DNA from: Chthonomonadales bacterium
Lineage (GTDB): Bacteria > Armatimonadota > Chthonomonadetes > Chthonomonadales > Chthonomonadaceae
Length of the DNA: 53,275 nucleotides
Assembly: GCA_038217285.1 (NCBI GenBank)
Contig: JBBQPO010000007.1
Location: 1-53,275, forward strand
Direction: 5' to 3'
The first letter of the stretch is position 1; every line of letters starts with the position of its first letter. Below, in pieces: positions 10,146-18,290 of the stretch. A program made the position numbers and the translations under genes. The notes under the pieces are model-generated. The model was not told where the DNA came from, did no database searches, and saw only the letters and a list, made by a program, of their open reading frames with translations.

Positions 10146-10770
10146 GTCTCACATAAAGATTCAGCGCGATGTACTTCTGCCCCGCATCGAAAGGAACAGA
10201 GATGGCCGAATATGGGTCATTGCTATCGAGGGGGAGAAAACAGAGAAACAGTATTTTAAGAAGTTCGGCAGCACAAAGATCAAAATTGAGATCCTGCCGA
10301 CGCTTTTAGGTGATCCTGCAGAGCCGGAAGACATCATCGAACGTTTAAGAAAATACAAGCGCGAAAACGATCTTTATGAGGACGACGAGTGCTGGCTTGT
10401 TTTTGATGTAGATAATCGCGATGAGGAAAGACTGAAAAAGGTCTGCGTTCAGGCAAGAGAACAACGCTTCCAGGTAGCTATCAGCAATCCCTGCTTTGAG
10501 TTCTGGCTCTTTCTTCACAAATTCGATGCAGGTGAACTACTCCATAGTATTTATCAAGTAGTGCCGGAAAAACGTCCCCGTGAGATGAAGTTGATGCTGA
10601 AGTACGACTACAAGTCCTTGCCCTATAAGGAGTTCCGCAACGACATTGATAAAGCTATCGCGCGTGCAAAGAGTCTGGCAAAATCCAAGAGATCTATGAT
10701 CCCCGGATTTCCTGGCACCGATGTTTACAAGGTTGTTGAAAGCCTCCGCTTAAAACCCGTAGAGGATTGA
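10138..10770 (+). CDS. RloB-like protein
   Basis: IEGEKTEKQYF, WLVFDVD and SNPCFEFWLFLH are RloB hallmarks; the start overlaps the ATPase stop. Confidence 0.85.
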   Translation: MPKSHIKIQRDVLLPRIERNRDGRIWVIAIEGEKTEKQYFKKFGSTKIKIEILPTLLGDPAEPEDIIERLRKYKRENDLYEDDECWLVFDVDNRDEERLKKVCVQAREQRFQVAISNPCFEFWLFLHKFDAGELLHSIYQVVPEKRPREMKLMLKYDYKSLPYKEFRNDIDKAIARAKSLAKSKRSMIPGFPGTDVYKVVESLRLKPVED

Positions 10771-10789
10771 AAAGCCGTGTACGGGCGGC

Positions 10790-10825
10790 AAACAAAGGAC
10801 CCTCTTCACGCGGAGGAAGAGGGTC
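10790..10825 (-). terminator. Intrinsic terminator between convergent genes
   Basis: GACCCTCTTC-8nt-GAAGAGGGTC stem, followed by CTTTGTTT on the minus strand. Confidence 0.6.
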
Positions 10826-10855
10826 TGGAAGCCAGAATGCGCTGTGAGTTGGGCG

Positions 10856-13456
10856 CTATTTTCCGATGAGCGCTTTGAGCTCGGCGGCGGTTAACGTCTC
10901 CTTGCCTTCTTTGCCGATCTGCACGGCGGCGTTCCCGACGCGCACGATGACCTCCTCACCGACGGAGGAGTAGGCGGCGAGAGCGGGCATGGCTTTCAGC
11001 AGGGCGAAGTGGGCGTCGCTGAAGGCCTGTATCTTCGTCACGTTCTGCTTTTTTGAGTCGTAGCTGTGGTCCTGCCAGACGTTGTTGGCCTGAAGGTAGA
11101 ACGTCCGATCATTGACCGCCTGCACCGTGATGGCGTTCCCAGCGTCGGCAAGCTGCATCTTTACAAGCAGCGAACCGTCGTTGGAGAAAGCGAGAAGGCT
11201 CTGGATACCGGTGGGAAGCGCCTGCGCCGCCCCGCCCTTCCCTCCGTTCACACCTCCCAACCCTCCACCGCCATATCGGTAGTTGCCGGGTGCGGCCAGC
11301 CCGGCCGCCGGCGTGGCGGTCGTGCTGCGTGCCGCGTTGTCGAAGTATTGGAGGCTGCCGTTCGCGCCCTGATACCGGGAGGAAAACTGATCCGCTTTCT
11401 TGAAGGCGTTGGCGCGGCCGCTCTGATCGGTGACGCCCTCGCCGCTGATACCGAACTGCACGGCCCGCCGCGCCACTTCCTGCCGCACCTTGTCCTCGCT
11501 ATCGGGCGAGAGTTTACGATCACGCAGGCCGCTCGCACTCAGTACATTGCCGCTGGTATCGCGCAGGCTGAGCCGCCGAATCTCCTGCTCGTCCACCAGG
11601 AACGAGGTGTATTCGGTGATGATGCCGTACTCCCGCGAGAGGCGCACGATCTCATCGATGATCTCCTTCTTGCCCGCCGGGTTGTCCGAGAGGCGCACCT
11701 GATCCACCAGATAGCCCAGCTTGCGCGCCGCCCAGATGCGGGGCAGGAAGTTGTTGCTGCCGTCCGTCTCACCTGCCTTTGCGCCGAGCGCGAAGTTGGA
11801 CTCCGAGCCGCTGGCCAGGCCGCTCAGATGGACGGACCCTGCGCCGCTGCCCCGGAAGCGCCCCGTAATGACCAGTTGCGAACCCTCAAACATGTCCGGC
11901 AAGGTCTTCGGGTAGACATCGTAGACGTCCATGCCATCGAACGCCAGCTTCACGTTGGAGAGGATCGGAGAGGCGACTTTGGCGAAGAACGCGGAGACGG
12001 TCGCTTCGACATCCTCCTCGGGCTTGACGTAGCCCGCATCGCCGCCGCCCAGGTTGGCAAGGCGGTCGAGGAACGGCACGTTGACGTCGTAGCCGAGGCC
12101 GAAGCAGAAGATGCGTGCCGGTTGAGCGCCGACCCGTTCCGCTCTGCTCTTCAAAGCGGTGGTTTTCAGGATAGGCAGGGAATCGTTCTGCGCCGGTGGG
12201 CCGTTCTTCTGTTTGAAATGCGTGAGAATGGTGTTGATGTCGGTCTCGCCGACCGTGGGCAGGCCGTCGGTCAGGAAGACGATCATCTTGGTCCTGCCAG
12301 GCTCGTCTCTGAGCAGGTCGAGCGAGGCGCGCAGGGCGTCGTCGATGTTCGTGCCGCCACTGGCCTCGATATTCTCCACGAAATGCCGCGCCTTTGTCAG
12401 GTTCTCGGCGCTCGCCGGAACAAGGGCATGCGTCAGGACATCCGGGGACTCGTTGAAGGTGATCACGTCGAACCGGTCTTCCGGGCGCAGTCGGCCCAGG
12501 CAGAAGAGCAGCGACTTCCGCGCCTGCTCGATCTTCTTACCGCTCATCGAGCCGGTGCGATCCAGGACGAACACGACCTGCTTGGGCAAGATGCGCTCTT
12601 TCGGCACGGTGACACGCGGGCTGGCCAGCAGCATGAAGTAGCCGTCACGGTCGCCGCTGCGGTAGGTGAGCAGTGAGAGGCCGACATCGTCGGCGCTGGT
12701 ACTGTAGAAGAGAGTCAGGTCGCGGTCGGAGGTGTCGTTGACGCCTTCCCACGAGGCGGTCGCGGTGCGGTCGTCGGGTCGGCGCAGGGAGAGATCGTGC
12801 GAGGGTGAGAAGACGTTTTTTAGCGGCGAGCTCGTCATCAGCTTGATCGAAACCGTGGTCGCGCCCACCGGTCTGGAACTGAAGCGCGAGGTCGAGAGCG
12901 AGTAGGCGTACTTGCGCATACCGCCCTGAGGCTTCAGAACCTCGGTATAGCGCATCTTGATGACGCGCTCGCTCTGGGGCGGAATGGGATAGACCGACAT
13001 CTTGACGAGATTGCGTCCGACATACTCCAGCAGGGCCGGGTCGCGGTAGCGGCGCACATAGCCTTCGTAGATAGTGCGCGCCTCTTCCGCCGTCAGGATG
13101 CGCGGCTCCATCGTCTTCTCACCGATGGTCATGCTGAAGGCCGTGGGCATCGCGCCTTCCGGCAGCGGATAGAGGTACGTTCCCTCCTGCGCCACACTGC
13201 CGCTGTTGACGAAGGTCTGGGAGACGGTCGTCTCGGCGACGGCGTCGTTGATGACGGTGGTGACGCGCAGGTCTTTGACATAGAACGGCTGGACGAAGAT
13301 CGGGGGCAGCGGCAGCGGATGGATGGGGCGCTCCGCCCACGGCCCCGGATCGTGGCCCGGATAGAGGATTCCCTGGGCCGACGCCGTGCCGAGCAGAGCG
13401 ACCAACAGGGCCAGCGTCGTCGCCAGCGTCAAGAACGGTTTGCGAAGGGCTTGCAT
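10856..13456 (-). CDS. Secreted VIT + von Willebrand A domain protein
   Basis: Signal peptide after MQALRKP (AGGAG RBS), VIT-like region (EGTYLYPLPE), vWA MIDAS DRTGSM...GGTNI...FLTDG, and YGIITEYTSFLV. Confidence 0.88.
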   Translation of the reverse strand: MQALRKPFLTLATTLALLVALLGTASAQGILYPGHDPGPWAERPIHPLPLPPIFVQPFYVKDLRVTTVINDAVAETTVSQTFVNSGSVAQEGTYLYPLPEGAMPTAFSMTIGEKTMEPRILTAEEARTIYEGYVRRYRDPALLEYVGRNLVKMSVYPIPPQSERVIKMRYTEVLKPQGGMRKYAYSLSTSRFSSRPVGATTVSIKLMTSSPLKNVFSPSHDLSLRRPDDRTATASWEGVNDTSDRDLTLFYSTSADDVGLSLLTYRSGDRDGYFMLLASPRVTVPKERILPKQVVFVLDRTGSMSGKKIEQARKSLLFCLGRLRPEDRFDVITFNESPDVLTHALVPASAENLTKARHFVENIEASGGTNIDDALRASLDLLRDEPGRTKMIVFLTDGLPTVGETDINTILTHFKQKNGPPAQNDSLPILKTTALKSRAERVGAQPARIFCFGLGYDVNVPFLDRLANLGGGDAGYVKPEEDVEATVSAFFAKVASPILSNVKLAFDGMDVYDVYPKTLPDMFEGSQLVITGRFRGSGAGSVHLSGLASGSESNFALGAKAGETDGSNNFLPRIWAARKLGYLVDQVRLSDNPAGKKEIIDEIVRLSREYGIITEYTSFLVDEQEIRRLSLRDTSGNVLSASGLRDRKLSPDSEDKVRQEVARRAVQFGISGEGVTDQSGRANAFKKADQFSSRYQGANGSLQYFDNAARSTTATPAAGLAAPGNYRYGGGGLGGVNGGKGGAAQALPTGIQSLLAFSNDGSLLVKMQLADAGNAITVQAVNDRTFYLQANNVWQDHSYDSKKQNVTKIQAFSDAHFALLKAMPALAAYSSVGEEVIVRVGNAAVQIGKEGKETLTAAELKALIGK

Positions 13457-13699
13457 CTCTCTACACTCCTTTGCGGTCGGAAAACGGGCATTGTGTTCCC
13501 GGCCTCTGCGGGCAGTCAACGCTAAAAGCGCCATAGCGCGTTATCGAAAAAGGGACGTCTGTGTTCTGGTCTCAAAGCAAGCGGTTTGCTCCGGGGCGTG
13601 CGTCCACGCACCGGGGCCGACCGCTTGAACGAGGGAGACTGTTCGGGCATTAGACGGGCCGCGCGCCCAGAACGTTACACGCTGCGTCACAAGAGAATG

Positions 13700-14575
13700 T
13701 CAGATGTCGCGGTCGGTCTGGGAGGCGCGGAGGAGCTGCTGGGGATCGGTCGTCGTGGGAGTGGCGGCGGTAACGGGATGGAGCAACAGGTCGGTGGAAG
13801 TGGTGTCGGAGGAGGCGCGCAGCAAGGTGCCGGGTGCGCTCTCCAGACGTCGATGCAACTGTGTCAGTGCCTCCTGGGCCGTGACACGGACACGCTGCCG
13901 GGGCAGTGGCCCTCCGCGGTCCCGCGTCATCCGTTCGAGCTGAGAGACAGCCCGCGCGTCTCCGACCTGCGCCACCGCCCCAAGTAGTGCGACCACCAGT
14001 TCCGTCTGATCGTCCGAGGGATGATGCCGCAAGAGGCGGTAGAGGCAGGCGCGTTGGTGGTCATCGAGCAGATCCGTATCTTCCGGTCGCAGGCGGGGCA
14101 ATAGACGGGTGAGCGCCTGCGTCGCGAGGGCGCGGACGCCACTGAACGCCGCCAGGTCCCGCCACTCCAGCGCTTCCAAGAGGGGGCCGACGGTGCGCAC
14201 ATCGTCGAGAGCGGCCAGCACGCGGATCGCTTCGACCTGTACGGGGGTTACCGCGCATAGTCGCGCCAGTCCTACGAAGAGCAGACCCAGCATAGGAATC
14301 AGTCCCCAGGCCAATGGGGTGGTAAGATTGAGTTCAAGGATAATGAAGAAACCCAGGATGGTCGCACCATAGGCGGCCCGAAGCGGGCGCGCCTGTCGCT
14401 TTTTCACGCTCTCGGCACGAAGCATTGTTTTGATGACAGGCAGCACCGCGATGCCGCGCCGCTGCAGCACTTGGCGCGCCCGCACACGCTCTCTGGCGCT
14501 GTGACTGCGCAGTTGCGCGGCCAACACCACAATCTCTTCGGTCTGCTCCTGACTGGGGCCGATAGGCTCAAGCAT
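13700..14575 (-). CDS. Membrane protein with HEAT-like repeats (paralog family member)
   Basis: GGAGGAG RBS before MLEPIGP; two TM helices, DDVRTVGPLLEAL, LTRLLPRL and C-terminal LLRAS repeats. Confidence 0.75.
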   Translation of the reverse strand: MLEPIGPSQEQTEEIVVLAAQLRSHSARERVRARQVLQRRGIAVLPVIKTMLRAESVKKRQARPLRAAYGATILGFFIILELNLTTPLAWGLIPMLGLLFVGLARLCAVTPVQVEAIRVLAALDDVRTVGPLLEALEWRDLAAFSGVRALATQALTRLLPRLRPEDTDLLDDHQRACLYRLLRHHPSDDQTELVVALLGAVAQVGDARAVSQLERMTRDRGGPLPRQRVRVTAQEALTQLHRRLESAPGTLLRASSDTTSTDLLLHPVTAATPTTTDPQQLLRASQTDRDI

Positions 14576-14669
14576 CGACAAACTCCTCCGTTTCCGACTC
14601 GACTCAAAACACGAAAAGGTGTTGTCTCTATTACGCGGTTTCATGCCCTATCGGTTCGCCTGCAGCGAC

Positions 14670-14915
14670 TCAACGCTGCATTTCAGTTCTCGCCCGTGGG
14701 GCGCAGGCCCGCGCCGCTATCGGCACGACCTGTTTATCCGGAAACTCCAACATCTCCGCGAGAGGCCCCACGACCCGCACATCGTCAAAGCGCGAGATGG
14801 CTGCTGCCGCTGCCTGATGTTTCCGAGAGGCCGCCGCACTTCCAATCAGGAGACCGATCAGCCAGAACAGGTAGACGAACAACCGATATAGCGTCTCAAT
14901 CGACATCCCCTGCAC
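14670..14915 (-). pseudogene. Fragment of the same HEAT-like membrane protein family
   Basis: AASRKHQAAAAAISRFDDVRVVGPLAEMLEFPDK aligns by eye with AASQQQKAASMVIARFNDVRAVGPLTEALEFKDK of 17267..18247, then breaks off. Confidence 0.7.
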
Positions 14916-15098
14916 GGCGATCTTATAGGAGATCAGTAAGATAATCAGGGAGGCTAGAATTGCCCGGATCCCAACATTCAGTCTTTTCCATTGGGAACGC
15001 TTCCGACTCTCATTGCGGAGGATGCTGATCGTGAACGCGTATGTATAAAACTAACTGACGAACAGACAAGCATAGGAAAGCGGCCGCCTAGTCAGCAT

Positions 15099-15142
15099 TA
15101 TTCTTCCTGCCTTGTATTGTACGATTCAAGGCAGGAGGAATA
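15099..15142. repeat. 44-bp near-perfect palindrome in an AT-rich intergenic region
   Basis: TATTCTTCCTGCCTTG...CAAGGCAGGAGGAATA with a largely self-complementary centre. Confidence 0.7.
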
Positions 15143-15428
15143 TCTTTACCGCTAATTGCTCTATCCCAAAACTATTTAGGCAAATATTTTCAGAAATTCC
15201 TAAAATATGCGATACATCGCAAAATATATATTATAATAGACTATCAGCTTTGCGCTAATAAGCAGATTTACTTCTGCCGTTGTTAGGCGCTGTGCAGTTC
15301 CAGGCCAAAAAACAGACGTGGCCGCTGCAACGCCTCTGTTTGGCGCACTACCGCTGAGTATCTTCCCTGATGCCACCCTCTAGTCCTGGCAAAATCAACC
15401 GTTTGCACCGTTTGCGAAGGAGAATCCC

Positions 15429-15758
15429 ATGAAGGCATTCCTTTCTTTGGCATTGGCGCGGTATCGTACTCCCCTACTCTGTCTACTGCTCACGGTGGCC
15501 TGTCTCGGCTTCGCCAGGCCATCTCAGGCAGCAACCTGCTCCATTACCCCAGGTGGGTCAGTCTCCAGTAGCAGTCCCTATAGCCAGGATGTTTCTTTGA
15601 ACCCCAACCCACGTCCGACTATCGTGTCCGATGCCCCTCTGAGCGCAGCTACTTACACGTACGTGTACAACGTGAATGCGTACGTGCTAGACAGTAACAA
15701 CAATATTGTTGCAAGCGACAACGTGCGATCCAACGCCAGTGGAAGTTTTACCCTGTAA
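15429..15758 (+). CDS. Small secreted hypothetical protein
   Basis: AAGGAG RBS; signal peptide ending SQA; Ser/Thr/Asn-rich beta-type mature part. Confidence 0.65.
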   Translation: MKAFLSLALARYRTPLLCLLLTVACLGFARPSQAATCSITPGGSVSSSSPYSQDVSLNPNPRPTIVSDAPLSAATYTYVYNVNAYVLDSNNNIVASDNVRSNASGSFTL

Positions 15759-15861
15759 GCATATCTTCGCTATCGGGGTTGGAATGCGCTGAAATCAAAA
15801 CGCCCTCTGTTTCCAACCCTGATCTTCAAGGATTAGTACTTACGAATTAGGAGGAACGAAC

Positions 15862-17124
15862 ATGAAGATGCAAACCTTGCGCCTGCTTTGGCCTCTCGGC
15901 GCGCTGACTGGAATGTTCTCTGTAGGGCATCTTGCCACAGCACAGGGTTCTTTGCCTGGTTCTTCTCTTTCCTCATCGGGCGCTTCCAGTCCTCGCCCTC
16001 TTGGAAAAAACACCCCGGCCAAGGACGTTTTAGACAATCCACGCCTGCTTTTCAGGGCGACGGTCGAGCGCAAGAAGACCACCGTCGAGCAAGCCCTTGC
16101 CAAGTTGAGCGAGTTCACTCCCCTGCATCTGGAGGCCCAGGGAGCCGAACTGCGTACCACAACCCTTTACTTCCACTACACGGTCACGCCTCTTCGGGAC
16201 ATACTCGCTGGCATTGCCGAGACGGGAAATTGGGAGTGGACCAAGAAGAACGAGAACACTCTCGTCCTCAAAGAACGCTATCGTTCTCATGCCCTGGACG
16301 TATACCGCCCCCACAATGAAGCGGACAAGGAAGTGCATGACCGAGGGGTAGAGTTCCTGAACAAACTCGGCAATCTTCCGCCTGATATGCAGGCCGCTCT
16401 AAGCAGCAATACCCCGCCTCAGACCATAGGCGGACTTACCGGAATGCCTTTCACCATGTTGCCCTCGGCCATGCAGGACACCCTAAGTGCCATGTTTGCG
16501 GCGCACACCAAAAGCGCGGCGTCAACAGGTTTGAATGTTCCTCTCACCCCCGCTGACCTTGCTCACAGCTACGTTGTTGTGGGTATCGGAACGCCGCAGG
16601 AAGGCCTTAACTCCTATAGTATAGGATTTTCCACAGATCTGCCTGATGGCACTCGTACAGGCGTAGGCATGCCTGTAATTGTCTTCCAGGATCCTCGCGA
16701 AGGCTATAACGTGGTTCCAAGCGATCAACTTACTGGCGTCGATAACAATAGTGTCGCGCTGGACTCTCTGTCTCGACAAAAGGCGCTTGCTGGCAACCTC
16801 CATCTTCAAGACAAGGTGAGCTTAAAAATGGAGAACGCTTCTCTCTTTCAGGCGTTGAAGGCCCTGAGCGTGAAAGCGAATATCTCCTTTTCGGCACAGT
16901 ATCCGTCCATGACAGCGAAACAGGTGCAGCAATCTTTCACTTTTGCGGCAATGTCCATCGGAGAGATGCTGGACAAACTCACGGCGCTTTACGGCGGCCG
17001 CGACGACAGGGGAAATCGTTATCGCTACACCTGGGGACAACAAGGACAAGAAGCAAGTCAGGTGTTTGTCTTTCATATTTCCCTTGACGACCGCCCCGCA
17101 GAAGAACCGCCACCCACACCATAA
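15862..17124 (+). CDS. Secreted hypothetical protein with STN-like (secretin/TonB N-terminal) segments
   Basis: AGGAGG RBS and signal peptide; TVERKKTTVEQALAKLS and KVSLKMENASLFQALKALSVKANISF resemble STN modules. Confidence 0.6.
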   Translation: MKMQTLRLLWPLGALTGMFSVGHLATAQGSLPGSSLSSSGASSPRPLGKNTPAKDVLDNPRLLFRATVERKKTTVEQALAKLSEFTPLHLEAQGAELRTTTLYFHYTVTPLRDILAGIAETGNWEWTKKNENTLVLKERYRSHALDVYRPHNEADKEVHDRGVEFLNKLGNLPPDMQAALSSNTPPQTIGGLTGMPFTMLPSAMQDTLSAMFAAHTKSAASTGLNVPLTPADLAHSYVVVGIGTPQEGLNSYSIGFSTDLPDGTRTGVGMPVIVFQDPREGYNVVPSDQLTGVDNNSVALDSLSRQKALAGNLHLQDKVSLKMENASLFQALKALSVKANISFSAQYPSMTAKQVQQSFTFAAMSIGEMLDKLTALYGGRDDRGNRYRYTWGQQGQEASQVFVFHISLDDRPAEEPPPTP

Positions 17125-17188
17125 CTGCCATGCTCTCACAGAAGCCAGGTTCTGGCCTCTGTGAGATCCACTCGCACTATAGACCGAG

Positions 17189-17210
17189 AAGCCCCCGCAA
17201 GGGGGCTTTT
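17189..17210 (+). terminator. Intrinsic terminator
   Basis: AAGCCCCC-GCAA-GGGGGCTT-TT between convergent genes. Confidence 0.8.
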
Positions 17211-17266
17211 CGTGTTTCAAAACTCGTCTCTTGCCCTTTGTGTCTCCTGCGCCGGTGTGCACGGGG

Positions 17267-18247
17267 CTATTCCTGTTGCTTGCCGTCAGATTGTGGGACG
17301 TCATCGGTGGGACGCAGAAGCTCGCCCGAGGGCTCCGTTGAGGCGTGCGGCATGGCAGGCCGCAGCAGAACATCGGAGGGGGTCAGATTGCCATCGGAAG
17401 GGCGCAGCAGTTGTGAGCCGATCTGCTGGCGCTCCGCACTCTGCCGAAGGAAGGGCAGGCAGTCTTTGGCTGCTTCGACGACTTTTGAAATCCGTCCGCC
17501 TCGGCCTCGTCCTTCCACTAACTTTTCTACCTCCGAGATCGCGCCAGCGTCTCCGACCTGCTCCCAGGCTTTTAAGATCGCCAGCGTCAACTCGGTGTTC
17601 TTCCCCTGGAGCGCCTTGTTCAGGCTATGGCGGTGCGCAGGACTGAGGAGAGGAGCGTTGCTCGCCTTGAGGCGGGGCAGCAGGCTGATCAGAGCCTTCG
17701 TCGCAATCTGCACGGTGTCTTTATCCTTAAATTCCAACGCCTCTGTGAGCGGTCCCACGGCCCGTACATCGTTGAAGCGTGCGATAACCATGGACGCTGC
17801 TTTCTGTTGCTGAGACGCGGCCGTGCCCATCGCGATAAGGCCGACATAGCTTCCCATCTGGGAGAGCATGAAAACGTTGCGCGTAAAGATCGCGAGGAGA
17901 ACGAAAAGGAGAATAACGCCCAGGAATATGCCGGTGAAGATCTTCTGTCGTTTGACGCGCTGCTGACTTTCCTGACGGAGGACGGTGAGCACATCGTCGA
18001 ACTCCATCTCCAGCAGAGGGACCAGTTCCTTTGCTTTGACGCCCTGCCCGGTGAAGATTAGCCGCGCACGGCCTCGGAACCCACGGTTCGCCGCTTTCGC
18101 TTTCATCGCATAGACAAGCTGGTGGATCTCCGCTTCTGTGGGAGGCTGCGGCGTGGAGATCTCCTCTTCCGTGCTCGCAGGGCGGACCGCATAGCGGACC
18201 GTCTCCGCTTCCGTTTCGTTCTGTGTCTCTAGCTGGTGTTGTGTCAT
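17267..18247 (-). CDS. Membrane protein with HEAT-like repeats (paralog family member)
   Basis: TM pair, FNDVRAVGPLTEALEF, LISLLPRL, AILKAWEQVGD and C-terminal LLRP repeats. Confidence 0.8.
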   Translation of the reverse strand: MTQHQLETQNETEAETVRYAVRPASTEEEISTPQPPTEAEIHQLVYAMKAKAANRGFRGRARLIFTGQGVKAKELVPLLEMEFDDVLTVLRQESQQRVKRQKIFTGIFLGVILLFVLLAIFTRNVFMLSQMGSYVGLIAMGTAASQQQKAASMVIARFNDVRAVGPLTEALEFKDKDTVQIATKALISLLPRLKASNAPLLSPAHRHSLNKALQGKNTELTLAILKAWEQVGDAGAISEVEKLVEGRGRGGRISKVVEAAKDCLPFLRQSAERQQIGSQLLRPSDGNLTPSDVLLRPAMPHASTEPSGELLRPTDDVPQSDGKQQE

Positions 18248-18290
18248 CGCGTTCTCCTGATCTTATCCAGACGGAGAAAATCTCTCTTGC

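Noticed and set aside
11066-12676. Long antisense ORFs (e.g. 11066..12676, 18858..20513, 42451..43722, 49984..51108)
   Set aside because: They shadow well-supported genes on the opposite strand, as expected in high-GC DNA, and show no motifs.
14961-15155. Stop-free stretch of ~65 codons on the + strand
   Set aside because: No start codon or RBS and no recognisable motif; it runs through the palindrome.
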